Of a stretch of 54,575 nt of DNA, positions 8,994 to 18,166 are shown in pieces. How positions within the stretch are numbered: position 1 is the stretch's first letter; each line of letters opens with the position of its first letter. Under the pieces are notes generated by a model. The model worked only from the letters and a program-made list of their open reading frames with translations. It had not been told where the DNA came from and made no database searches. Position numbers and translations under genes: made by a program. The DNA lies in contig JAQUUH010000002.1 in NCBI GenBank assembly GCA_028693955.1, positions 75,264 through 129,838 of the forward strand. Direction: 5' to 3'. This stretch comes from Bacilli bacterium. GTDB lineage: Bacteria > Bacillota_I > Bacilli_A > RFN20 > UBA1709.

Positions 8994-10097
8994 ATGCCAT
9001 TAACAGCGGGTATTGTGGGTTTACCAAATGTAGGAAAATCTACGTTGTTTAATGCTGTAACTAACTCAAAAGTTGAAGTAGCAAATTATCCTTTTGCAAC
9101 AATTTCACCGAATACTGGTGTTGTAGAAGTTAATGATAATAGATTAGATGTTTTAACAGAAATGTTTAAATCAGAAAAAACAATTGCAGCAACATTTGAA
9201 TTTACAGATATTGCAGGGTTAGTCAAAGGAGCTTCAAAAGGAGAAGGATTGGGCAATCAATTTCTAGCCAATATAAGGGAATGTGATGCGATTGTACATG
9301 TAGTTAGGTGTTTCGATGATCCCGAGATTTTGCACGTGGATGGAAGTGTTGACCCAGCAAGAGATGTTGAAACAATCAATTTTGAGTTAATTTTTGCTGA
9401 TATTGATTCAGTAAATAAAAGAATAAGTAAAGTAGAGAAAAAAGCTATTACTACAAAAGATAAAGAATCTGTTGTAGAATATGAAATACTAAAGAAATAT
9501 AAAGAAGTTTTAGAAAAAGGGTTGCCAGCAAGAAGTGTGGAATTAACAAAAGAACAAAATGTTGTAGCAAAAAGTTTTCAACTTTTAACATCAAAACCAA
9601 CAATTTATGTGGCAAATGTCTCTGAAGAGGATATGGAAAATCCAAATTCTAATAAATATTTTCAAGAATTGTGTAAAATAGCAGAAAATGAAAAATCACA
9701 AATAGTACCAATTTGTGCAAAAATGGAAGAAGAAATTTCTCAACTTGATAATGATGAAAGAAAAATATTTTTAAAAGAATTAGGAGTAGATGAATCAGGA
9801 TTAGATAAAGTAGTAAAATCAGCTTATAAGATTTTGGGATTATCAACATTTTTTACTGCAGGAGTAAAAGAATCTCGGGCATGGACATTTAAAAATGGTA
9901 GTAATGCACCAAAATGTGCAGGGATAATACATACAGATTTTGAAAAGGGATTTATTAAAGCTGAAATATATAGTTATGAAGATTTAATTAAATATGGTAG
10001 TGAGCAAAGCGTTAAAGAGCATGGAAGATTTAGATTAGAAGGAAAAGAATATATTGTTCAAGATGGAGATGTTGTCCACTTTAGATTCAATGTTTAA
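8994..10097 (+). CDS. ychF: Ribosome-binding ATPase YchF
   Basis: [14 protein letters not shown]-loop and a C-terminal YchF/TGS-like domain. The ORF-track start at 8928 runs through the csp terminator. ATG 8994 is preceded by GGAGGGG. Confidence 0.9.
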   Translation: MPLTAGIVGLPNVGKSTLFNAVTNSKVEVANYPFATISPNTGVVEVNDNRLDVLTEMFKSEKTIAATFEFTDIAGLVKGASKGEGLGNQFLANIRECDAIVHVVRCFDDPEILHVDGSVDPARDVETINFELIFADIDSVNKRISKVEKKAITTKDKESVVEYEILKKYKEVLEKGLPARSVELTKEQNVVAKSFQLLTSKPTIYVANVSEEDMENPNSNKYFQELCKIAENEKSQIVPICAKMEEEISQLDNDERKIFLKELGVDESGLDKVVKSAYKILGLSTFFTAGVKESRAWTFKNGSNAPKCAGIIHTDFEKGFIKAEIYSYEDLIKYGSEQSVKEHGRFRLEGKEYIVQDGDVVHFRFNV

Positions 10098-10109
10098 GTA
10101 GGAGATAAA

Positions 10110-10994
10110 ATGAAATTCAAGAAAATAGGCTTAGTTCTTGGTGGCGGTGGTGGTAAGGGATCTTATCAAGTAGGAGTTTATAAGGCTTTAAAAGAGTTTG
10201 GTCTTGCCGATAAGATTGCTTGTATTTCAGGAACCTCTATTGGTTCTTTGAATTTAACACTTTTTGCTAATCAAGATGTTGAAAAAGCAGAAAAAATATG
10301 GACAAATTTGAAAAGAACCAATGTTCTTACTTTTAATAATGTTAAAGAATATTTAAAGCTAAGTAATTTTAGTATTTTTTCAAGAAAAGGGATGTTGAAT
10401 ATATTTAAGGATAATATCAATTTAGAAGAAGTATCTAAATCTAAATTACCATTATTTGTGACAGCTTATAATGAAGAAAAGGATATATCAACAACATTTC
10501 AAATAAATAATATGGTGCCAGAAAAAATTATTAAATGCATTATGGCTTCTAGTGCTATTCCCAAGGTTTTTCAAAGTGTAAATATTGATGGAGAGAATTA
10601 TTCTGATGGCTATGTTAAAGATAATGTACCAGTATCAATTTTAAATAAAATAGGGTGTGATTTAATTTTTGTAATACCACTTAGTGAATATGGTGCACCA
10701 TATGAAGGTATGTATCCAGACACTTATATAATAGATTTTAAAGATAAAATATTTGATAATGTCGGAACATGGGAAGGGACCTTAGGTTTTGATAAGGAGA
10801 TAGCTAAAAGAAGAATTGATTTAGGATATAAAAATGCTATTAAAATAATAACTTATTTAAATAGTATAGGTTTTTTCGAAACTGGTATTAAAAAAAGATT
10901 TCATTATTTTATGTTAAGAATTTTTAATAAAATACCTAATTATAAAAAATATTATTCATTAAAAGATACAAAAAATAAAATAAATAGCAAATAA
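10110..10994 (+). CDS. Patatin-like phospholipase
   Basis: GGGGGKGSYQVG oxyanion loop, GTSIG nucleophile elbow, SDGY catalytic Asp region. Confidence 0.8.
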   Translation: MKFKKIGLVLGGGGGKGSYQVGVYKALKEFGLADKIACISGTSIGSLNLTLFANQDVEKAEKIWTNLKRTNVLTFNNVKEYLKLSNFSIFSRKGMLNIFKDNINLEEVSKSKLPLFVTAYNEEKDISTTFQINNMVPEKIIKCIMASSAIPKVFQSVNIDGENYSDGYVKDNVPVSILNKIGCDLIFVIPLSEYGAPYEGMYPDTYIIDFKDKIFDNVGTWEGTLGFDKEIAKRRIDLGYKNAIKIITYLNSIGFFETGIKKRFHYFMLRIFNKIPNYKKYYSLKDTKNKINSK

Positions 10995-11040
10995 AAAGTT
11001 ATGAATATGTAATAAAAAGAAATTACGAATCATAACTTTT
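10994..11040. terminator. Bidirectional terminator between convergent genes
   Basis: 11-bp outer stem AAAAGTTATGA/TCATAACTTTT with inner GTAAT/ATTAC stem, flanked by A/T runs on both strands. Confidence 0.7.
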
Positions 11041-11058
11041 TAATATAATTATTAACTT

Positions 11059-11913
11059 TTATTTTTTCTTTCTCGATATATTTACTACTGCAAGAGCAAA
11101 AAATATGATAGTTGTTGCAAGTAATATTATTATTCCTATTAATGGAGAAATTGTAAAATTACCAAAATTAAATGTAACACCTAGCATTTCTTTAAAATCT
11201 GCAGCATATTCTATAGGAATCCCAGAAAAGGCTATACTTATTGGATTTGCCATCATTACTTGACGAATTAACATAGCAGCATATGATGGTGGGAATAATT
11301 TAATTACCATACCCACTGCCTTTGGAAGCATACCTATAGGTAGATAAATACCTGTCAAAAAGCCAACTAAAGTGCCTATAATTGTACTCCCCGTAGAAAA
11401 AGCAGTTTCACTTTTGAAAAATGAAGTTATAAAGAATACTAGGGATGTGTTTGCAAGGTCAGCAATTATAATCAAACCTATTACTTTTAATAGTGAAGAT
11501 ATATCTAAAAGTTTTCCACCTTCTGCTACAATATATATTTCTGCAAGAATTAAAGTTATCATTGACATTATTAGACCAATTAATAATGAACTTAGTATGT
11601 AGCCTCCAGCAATTGCTTTTCTATCTATTGGTGAGGAATAAAAATCCTTATTAATTTTTTTAGATTTATCAATAATCATTATTCCAAAAGCTCCCATTGT
11701 TGTAGTAACAGATGTTACAGCAAGAAGTCCAGCCATAACCCAGTTATCCATTATTTCACGAGCATTTGCAAATTGTTCAAAGTTTGATGTCCAAACATCA
11801 CCTAGAAAAAGGACATATAATCCAAGTATTATGAATGTTGCTAACAACGAAAAGAAAACCGCTGTTTTATCACGGAAAAATATTAATAAATTTCTTTTTG
11901 CAAATTCAATCAT
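11059..11913 (-). CDS. ABC-2-type exporter permease
   Basis: 284 aa, about 6 TM. Its start overlaps the stop of the upstream ATPase by 4 nt. Confidence 0.75.
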   Translation of the reverse strand: MIEFAKRNLLIFFRDKTAVFFSLLATFIILGLYVLFLGDVWTSNFEQFANAREIMDNWVMAGLLAVTSVTTTMGAFGIMIIDKSKKINKDFYSSPIDRKAIAGGYILSSLLIGLIMSMITLILAEIYIVAEGGKLLDISSLLKVIGLIIIADLANTSLVFFITSFFKSETAFSTGSTIIGTLVGFLTGIYLPIGMLPKAVGMVIKLFPPSYAAMLIRQVMMANPISIAFSGIPIEYAADFKEMLGVTFNFGNFTISPLIGIIILLATTIIFFALAVVNISRKKK

Positions 11914-12824
11914 TCTCTTATCTCCTTTCCAGTAATTCCAATAAAGGCATCGTCAAGCGTCCCAGCAATAACTTCAAAGGCAGTTATGTATTGTTTACAT
12001 AACTGGATTATTGGAAGTGAATCTATTGTCTTTTCCAACTTGATTGTTATATTTGTTGCCGACTCAATAAAATCAATTTTATTTTTAGTTAATATCTCCT
12101 TTATTTCTTTTTTATTAGTATAAGAAAGAATAAGTTTATCATTAGCAAATTGTTCTTTAAGTTCTATTGGAGTTCCCTTTGCTGCTATTTTCCCATTATC
12201 AATAACAATAACATAATCAGCAGAATTGGCTTCTTCCATATAATGTGTTGTTAGAAAAATGGTCATATTGTTTTCTTTTTGTAATTTTATTATTGTTTCC
12301 CAAACAACTTTTCTAGTTTGAGGATCTAACCCAGTTGTTGGCTCATCAAGGAAAAGTATTTTTGGAGTATTGATTAATGCACGAGCAATATCACATCTTC
12401 TTTTTTGTCCCCCAGAAAGTTTGCCATACTGTCTTTTTGCTAAATCAACTACATTAACTTCTTGCATAGCTTTTTTAACAGAAGAACTTAAAATTTTCCC
12501 TTTTAATCCATAAAGAGAGCCTCTAAACTTTAAGTTTTCTTCAATAGTTAATAAATCATCAAGAAGTCCGTCTTGGAAAACCGCACCTATTATTTTTCTA
12601 ATATCATTATCATCTTTTCCAATTTCAAAATCATTCACAAGAATTTGTCCACTATCTGCTTTTAAAAACGTACAAATGGTATCAATTGTTGTACTTTTAC
12701 CAGCACCATTTGGACCTAGAAAAGCAAATAGCTTTCCTTTTTCTACATAAAAACTTATGTCATCAACAGCTTTAATTTTTCCATAGGATTTACTCAAATT
12801 TTTAACTTCAATTATTTTTTCCAT
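11910..12824 (-). CDS. ABC transporter ATP-binding protein (DrrA-like, with C-terminal extension)
   Basis: GPNGAGKSTT, LSGGQKRRCDIARAL, LFLDEPTTGLDP, TTHYMEEA, plus a C-terminal domain of about 80 aa. Confidence 0.9.
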   Translation of the reverse strand: MEKIIEVKNLSKSYGKIKAVDDISFYVEKGKLFAFLGPNGAGKSTTIDTICTFLKADSGQILVNDFEIGKDDNDIRKIIGAVFQDGLLDDLLTIEENLKFRGSLYGLKGKILSSSVKKAMQEVNVVDLAKRQYGKLSGGQKRRCDIARALINTPKILFLDEPTTGLDPQTRKVVWETIIKLQKENNMTIFLTTHYMEEANSADYVIVIDNGKIAAKGTPIELKEQFANDKLILSYTNKKEIKEILTKNKIDFIESATNITIKLEKTIDSLPIIQLCKQYITAFEVIAGTLDDAFIGITGKEIRE

Positions 12825-12854
12825 TATTTTCCCCCTTACTAAAATTGGATCATA

Positions 12855-13184
12855 TTAATATTTTTCTTGTGAATTAATATTATTAATTAGAATGTTTGCA
12901 GCATTTGCTAAATCTTCAAATTCAAGATATATTGCGTTACTAATAGAAATATATGGATTATTAAAATTGTTAGTAAAAACAATCCTATTTTCTTTAGTAT
13001 AATTTTCCATTATTTTCCTTATTTTTTTTAGACCATTTTCTCCATAAAGTAATCCAAAATTTTCCATTTGTCCTTTAAAAGATTTTTCCATATAATAGAC
13101 CCCACAAAAAGGACAATTATATTTTTCAACAAAATTATTCTTGTTTTCTACTATTGCTTTTGAACCACAAATTAAACATTCCAT
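12855..13184 (-). CDS. Small N-terminal zinc-ribbon protein of unknown function, first gene of the ABC-2 exporter operon
   Basis: 109 aa. CLIC..(17 aa)..CPFC zinc-ribbon pattern at the N-terminus. 30 nt upstream of the ATPase gene on the same strand. Confidence 0.5.
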   Translation of the reverse strand: MECLICGSKAIVENKNNFVEKYNCPFCGVYYMEKSFKGQMENFGLLYGENGLKKIRKIMENYTKENRIVFTNNFNNPYISISNAIYLEFEDLANAANILINNINSQEKY

Positions 13185-13305
13185 TTTTAATCACCAAAAA
13201 TAGTTTACTTTATAATTTAAATAATCGCAAATATATTTTATTTTAAAGATACAATTATCTTTTTTCTTTATCCAAGTTAGTATATAATTGTGTGGAAGTG
13301 GTGAT

Positions 13306-14571
13306 ATGATGTTTAAAAATGCAAAAGAGGCAGTTTATTATATAGAGAATTTGAAAGGTATTAAGAGTGATTTTGAGCGCGCAAAAAATCTTTTTGCTAA
13401 ATATGGAAATTTCCAAAATGAATTAAAATGTATTCATGTTGCTGGTACAGATGGCAAGGGGAGTACAACAAATTTTATAAGAAGCATTTTGCAAAATGCT
13501 AATTATAAAGTTGGAACATTTACATCTCCGTATTTAGAAGTTCATAATGATAGAATAAGAATAAATAATAATTTTATATCTGATGAGGATTTCTTATTTA
13601 TTGCTAATAAATTTTATGAAGATATTACTAGTAGAAATTATGCTTTTTTTGAAATAGATACTTTAATTGCACTTTATTATATTTATATTAGCGAGGTTGA
13701 TTATGCTGTTATTGAAGTTGGTATTGGAGGAAGGCTAGATGCTACAAATGTTATAACACCAATTTTAAGTTTAATAACTAACATTGGGTATGATCATATG
13801 GATAAGTTAGGAAACACTTTAGAAAAAATTGCCTATGAAAAAGCGGGAATAATAAAAAATGGTGTTCCAGTTATTGTAGGATGTAATGTTGCTTTAAATG
13901 CAAAAGAAGTAATAAAAAGCGAAGCTATAAAAAGACAGGCTTACTTTATTGAAAGTTCTTGTCCTAAAAATGTTTTTATAAATGATGAATATTTGCATTT
14001 TACTTTAGAAAATGATAACTATATAACTTCTTGTATGGCATTGTATCAAAGCGAAAATGCTTCTTTAGCAATTTCTGCAATAAATTATTTAGTTAACAAG
14101 AAAATTATTAATGTTAGCAAAAAAGCAATATTTAATGGTATTAAAGATACTTTTTGGCTTGGAAGATTTGAAAAAATGTTTGAAAAGCCAAGGGTTTATA
14201 TTGATGGAGCACACAATATTCATGGTGTATCAGCATTAGTTATAACAATTAAGCAATTTATTGATAAAGGATATAATCCTAAAATTGTTTTTTCGGCTTT
14301 AAAAGATAAAGAGACATCAAAGATGATTGAAAAATTTTTGAGTTTAACAAAAGATGTTTATGTTACTGAGTTTGATTTTTATAGAAGTAAGAAAGCAATT
14401 GAAATAGCTGGTAATTATGATGTTATTGTACAAGAAGATTGGAAAATATTAATTAAAGATTTAATTTCTCAAAGCGCGGATAATGATATTATAATTATTA
14501 CAGGGTCATTGTATTTTATTTCCCAAGTAAGACCATTCTTATTAGAAATAAGAGGTGAAAAAAATGAGTAA
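13306..14571 (+). CDS. folC: Folylpolyglutamate synthase / dihydrofolate synthase FolC
   Basis: HVAGTDGKGST P-loop, Mur-ligase-like layout. ATG 13306 preferred over the TTG at 13288 (GGAAGTGGTGA upstream). Confidence 0.85.
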   Translation: MMFKNAKEAVYYIENLKGIKSDFERAKNLFAKYGNFQNELKCIHVAGTDGKGSTTNFIRSILQNANYKVGTFTSPYLEVHNDRIRINNNFISDEDFLFIANKFYEDITSRNYAFFEIDTLIALYYIYISEVDYAVIEVGIGGRLDATNVITPILSLITNIGYDHMDKLGNTLEKIAYEKAGIIKNGVPVIVGCNVALNAKEVIKSEAIKRQAYFIESSCPKNVFINDEYLHFTLENDNYITSCMALYQSENASLAISAINYLVNKKIINVSKKAIFNGIKDTFWLGRFEKMFEKPRVYIDGAHNIHGVSALVITIKQFIDKGYNPKIVFSALKDKETSKMIEKFLSLTKDVYVTEFDFYRSKKAIEIAGNYDVIVQEDWKILIKDLISQSADNDIIIITGSLYFISQVRPFLLEIRGEKNE

Positions 14572-15283
14572 AACTAGAGTAATTACTTTATCAGCACTTT
14601 TTAGTGCTATTTCTATAGTATTAACAAGATATTTTGCAATACTTGTTCCCCTTGGAGGATTTCCTTCTTTAAGTATTGAACTTGGAGGAATTCCAATAGT
14701 AATGGGAGGTATAATTCTTGGACCTTTTGCGGGAGGAATAATTGGAGCAATAAGTGATATAATAGGATTTTTAATTAATGATCGTGGTGGAGTGTATCAT
14801 TTTGGATTTACACTTAATGCAATTTTGACAGGAGCAATACCTGGAGTATTATTTATGATTTTCAAAAAATATCATGCTAATGAAAAAGTATTTAAAATAA
14901 TAAATTACATATTGGTAAGTTTACTTACAGTTTTGGGTAATATTTATATTTTTACAGTGCAATCAGATGTTATTTTAGTAGAAAATCGCTGGATTGCTTG
15001 TGGGGCTTTAATAATTGTATATATAGCTTTAATGTTAATAATTACTTTTGTTTCCAAAAACAAAACACAAAAAAGTTTTATAACATTTAATCAAGTTATA
15101 TTAGTTGTAGTATTAGTTGAAGTGTTTGTATATATATTATTAACTCCAATATGGATATATGGACTTTTTGGTATTCCTAATACCATAAGTATAGCAAGTA
15201 GGGTTTTTAGGGCGGTATTTATGATACCTATAAAATCTATTGTTATTTATTATTCCCTTGTATCTTTAAAAAATTTGCGTTAA
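14564..15283 (+). CDS. folT: Folate-family ECF transporter S component (FolT-like)
   Basis: Polytopic membrane protein that overlaps the folC stop (ATG 14564 after AGAGGTGA). FolT-like N-terminus LSALFSAISIVLTRYF. Confidence 0.6.
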   Translation: MSKTRVITLSALFSAISIVLTRYFAILVPLGGFPSLSIELGGIPIVMGGIILGPFAGGIIGAISDIIGFLINDRGGVYHFGFTLNAILTGAIPGVLFMIFKKYHANEKVFKIINYILVSLLTVLGNIYIFTVQSDVILVENRWIACGALIIVYIALMLIITFVSKNKTQKSFITFNQVILVVVLVEVFVYILLTPIWIYGLFGIPNTISIASRVFRAVFMIPIKSIVIYYSLVSLKNLR

Positions 15284-16091
15284 TTTCCTTTTTAATTGAA
15301 TTCGCTGATTTTTCGATTCCTTGTTTTGCAAGAATTGAAATATCTTTAGTTATTCTAAGAGCGTATATCATTCCAGAAACAAATGCATCACCAGCAGTGA
15401 AGTATTTTTTGTCTGTTATTACTTCAGCTTTATGGAATCCGCTTTGCATATTATCAAAGTAAAAGCACCCATCTCTATCAAGAGTTATTATTGCTGAATT
15501 AATACCTTTTCTTTTTAATATTTCTTCAACTTCATAGCAATCTTGCATATCTTTTATCGGATGTAAACAGTAAGAACTAGCTTCAGCTCTTGTAAATTTT
15601 ATAATAGATTTTTTAAAGGATATAAGCTCTAAATTATTAACGAGGTACCTTGAAGAAACAACAACAACAAATATTGCCTTTGGAGATATTTTTTGCAAAT
15701 ATTTTATTGTTTCTGGACTTTGTAAATCTACAACGAAAATTTCAGAATCTTTTATTTTATCTGTGTAAGTTTTAATTTTATCAACAATAAACTCTTTTTC
15801 CAATTCATACAATTGAAAATCAATTTCATTTTGGCTAACATATGTTATTGTTGGAGTCTTAGAAATGTGAAAAGGATAAAAGTTAATATTTAAAAAAGAT
15901 ATGTCTTCCATTATTTTTTGACCATTAGAATCATCTGATAATGGACATATTAAAGTCATTTCACTAGGAGACATTAAATGAGTTAAATTCTCAAGTATAT
16001 TGAAAATGCTTCCTCCTGTTTTTGAGGTTCCATTCATTTTATTAAAACTCATCAATACTCTACCAACAAAAGTAATCTTCAAAACAACCAC
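15243..16091 (-). CDS. PfkB/ribokinase-family carbohydrate kinase
   Basis: GGSIFNILENL (GG/N motif) and TAGDAFVSGMIYAL (PfkB signature 2-like). GTG start. Substrate unknown. Confidence 0.65.
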   Translation of the reverse strand: MVVLKITFVGRVLMSFNKMNGTSKTGGSIFNILENLTHLMSPSEMTLICPLSDDSNGQKIMEDISFLNINFYPFHISKTPTITYVSQNEIDFQLYELEKEFIVDKIKTYTDKIKDSEIFVVDLQSPETIKYLQKISPKAIFVVVVSSRYLVNNLELISFKKSIIKFTRAEASSYCLHPIKDMQDCYEVEEILKRKGINSAIITLDRDGCFYFDNMQSGFHKAEVITDKKYFTAGDAFVSGMIYALRITKDISILAKQGIEKSANSIKKEINANFLKIQGNNK

Positions 16092-16174
16092 CTCGGTTAA
16101 AATATTATATCATATTATGGGGTGTTAAGTTATATAAAAAGTTGTATAATTATACTACAAATGGAGGAAGAGAA

Positions 16175-16834
16175 ATGGATAAGAAATGGCATGATATTAT
16201 TTTAGAAGAGTCCCATGAAAAATATTTTCAAGAATTGAAGAAATTTGTTGATGAAGAATATTCATTTCATAAAGTTTATCCACTTAAAGAAAATATATTT
16301 GAGTGTTTTAAATTGACTCCTTTTGATAATGTTAAAGCTGTAATTGTTGGTCAAGATCCCTATCATAATGAACATCAAGCTCATGGGTTGTGTTTTTCTG
16401 TACAAAAAAATGTCAAAATTCCTCCTAGTTTACAAAATATTTACAAGGAATTATACAGCGATTTGGGAATACTTCCTCCAAATCATGGTAATTTAAGCAA
16501 GTGGGCAAAACAAGGAGTTCTTTTATTGAATAGTGTATTAACAGTTGCAGCAGGACAGCCTCTTTCACATAGCAATAAAGGTTGGGAATTATTTACAAAA
16601 AAAATTATTGAATTGTTGAATAATGATGATACGCCAAAAGTATTTATTTTATGGGGAAGTAAGGCTATAGATAAAAAAATTATGATTACTAATCCTAAGC
16701 ATCTTATATTAACAGCAAATCACCCTTCTCCATTGTCGGCTTATCGTGGTTTTTTTGGATGTAAGCATTTTTCTAAGACAAATAAGTTTTTAATTGCAAA
16801 TGGTAGAACTCCAATAGATTGGGATTTAAATTAG
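16175..16834 (+). CDS. ung: Uracil-DNA glycosylase (family 1)
   Basis: GQDPYH catalytic motif and HPSPLS leucine-loop motif. ATG 16175 after GGAGGAAG preferred over TTG 16142. Confidence 0.92.
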   Translation: MDKKWHDIILEESHEKYFQELKKFVDEEYSFHKVYPLKENIFECFKLTPFDNVKAVIVGQDPYHNEHQAHGLCFSVQKNVKIPPSLQNIYKELYSDLGILPPNHGNLSKWAKQGVLLLNSVLTVAAGQPLSHSNKGWELFTKKIIELLNNDDTPKVFILWGSKAIDKKIMITNPKHLILTANHPSPLSAYRGFFGCKHFSKTNKFLIANGRTPIDWDLN

Positions 16835-16875
16835 TTATGTAGATTTTGTAGACTTAATATGCTAAAATCATAAAA

Positions 16876-16964
16876 GACAGGGGTGTCACTATATAAGTGA
16901 CTGAGATTTAGTTTAGACTATTAACCCTTAGAACCTGAACGAGATTATACTTGCGTAGGGAGTC
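16876..16964 (+). promoter_or_regulatory. TPP (THI-box) riboswitch aptamer
   Basis: GACAGGGGTGTCAC..GTGACTGAGA..AACCCTTAGAACCTGAACGAGATTATACTTGCGTAGGGAGTC matches the conserved GGGGUG / CUGAGA / ACCCUU-GAACCUGA / GCG-AGGGA elements. GAC/GTC closes P1. Confidence 0.9.
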
Positions 16965-16988
16965 ACAAGATTATACTTGTTATTCTTT

Positions 16989-17013
16989 GCGCCTTCATGG
17001 AGGTGCTTTTTTT
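16989..17013 (+). terminator. Candidate riboswitch expression platform (short terminator / RBS sequestor)
   Basis: GCGCC-ttcatgga-GGTGC (one G-U pair) followed by T7, running directly into ATG 17014. The 3' arm overlaps the GGAGG RBS (16999-17003). Confidence 0.45.
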
Positions 17014-17571
17014 ATGGGATGGAGTAGTAAAAAGATTGCTTTTATAGCAGTCAGTATATGTCTTTCTTTGGTAATTGAAGTTATATCATCAATGTTTTTT
17101 AGAATGCCCCAGGGGGGGAGTTTTTCTTTAGTAGCGGTACCTTTAATAATATTGGGATATCGTTATGGGATAAAATATGGAATAATTGGAGGAATAATTG
17201 TTGGGGTTTTACAAGGAATATTTGTGCCTCCATATTTTGTTAACTTCTTTCAGTATCTTTTAGAATACATTTTAGCTTTTGCTTTTATGGGAATGGGTTC
17301 TTTTTTAATCAATATAACTAAGAAGGAAAGTATAATAAATTTAGAAATTGGAATACTAGTGTCATTAATATTAAGATATTTTTGTCATGTTATTGCTGGA
17401 GTTTTATTTTTTGCAGAATACGCCGGAGATCAGATAGTAATAATTTATTCTTTATCTTATAATGCTATTTATATGGCTCCAACAATTATTGTTACATTAA
17501 TAGTAGCTCCTTTAGTTTTTAAAGCAGTTTCTATATACTTAAAAATGCATTCTAAAAAAACTATTAATTAA
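17014..17571 (+). CDS. thiT: Thiamine ECF transporter S component (ThiT-like)
   Basis: Membrane protein of about 6 TM directly controlled by the TPP riboswitch. The ORF-track start at 16951 lies inside the aptamer. ATG 17014 has a GGAGG RBS. Confidence 0.75.
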   Translation: MGWSSKKIAFIAVSICLSLVIEVISSMFFRMPQGGSFSLVAVPLIILGYRYGIKYGIIGGIIVGVLQGIFVPPYFVNFFQYLLEYILAFAFMGMGSFLINITKKESIINLEIGILVSLILRYFCHVIAGVLFFAEYAGDQIVIIYSLSYNAIYMAPTIIVTLIVAPLVFKAVSIYLKMHSKKTIN

Positions 17572-17629
17572 TACATTAAAGTAATATAATAATTATGTAA
17601 ATATTGTATTAAGTGGGTGTTGAAAATTT

Positions 17630-18166
17630 ATGTTAAATGTTGGTGAAGACATAGTAATATGTAGTTTTAAGCATAATGGTTCTTTTCATAGATTATGGGA
17701 AGATACTCTTTTACTTAAAGAAGATGAGAATATGTTTATTGTTGGAAATCTAAAAGCAAAAGTAACTGAATCTGATGGTCGCTTTTGGGAAGCAAGAGAA
17801 CCAGCAATTACAATACTTTTTAAAAAACAATGGTACAATGTAATTTGTATGATAAGATCAGATGGAGTTCATTATTATTGTAATATTGCATCTCCAAGTA
17901 TTTCTCAAGACAATACAATTACATACATTGATTATGATTTAGATATTGGAATGTCTCCCAATAATAATATTAGAATACTTGATGAAATGGAGTATAAAAG
18001 GCATTCTGAACAAATGGAATATTCATATGAGTTAGATTTTATTATTAAAAAAGCAATGTATGAGGTTATAATTAAATGCAAGAAAAGAGAATTCCCTTTT
18101 ATTGATGAAACTATAAATAAATATTTTGATAAATATTTAAAAATATTAAAAGAAAAAGAAGATTAA
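17630..18166 (+). CDS. DUF402 protein (nucleoside tri/diphosphatase Ntdp-like)
   Basis: 178 aa. SFKHNGSFHRLW .. YCNIASP .. IDYDLD pattern typical of DUF402/YgaC-like proteins. Confidence 0.65.
   Translation: MLNVGEDIVICSFKHNGSFHRLWEDTLLLKEDENMFIVGNLKAKVTESDGRFWEAREPAITILFKKQWYNVICMIRSDGVHYYCNIASPSISQDNTITYIDYDLDIGMSPNNNIRILDEMEYKRHSEQMEYSYELDFIIKKAMYEVIIKCKKREFPFIDETINKYFDKYLKILKEKED

Noticed and set aside
13185-13305. THF riboswitch upstream of folC-folT.
   Set aside because: This is the usual context for a THF riboswitch. However, the 120-nt region is almost pure A/T, with none of the conserved GC-rich helices. It looks like a plain divergent promoter region.
17112-17118. Homopolymer tracts as phase-variation switches. 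These are G7 in thiT (17112-17118), C7 = G7 on the minus strand in the pepA RBS region (51768-51774), A8 in ABC fusion 2 (4239-4246) and T8 in the GT28 gene (6534-6541).
   Set aside because: The G/C tracts are unusual for this composition, but 7-8 nt is at or below the length at which slippage-based switching is normally credible. The A/T runs are expected in such AT-rich DNA. Population or long-read data showing length variation would be needed.
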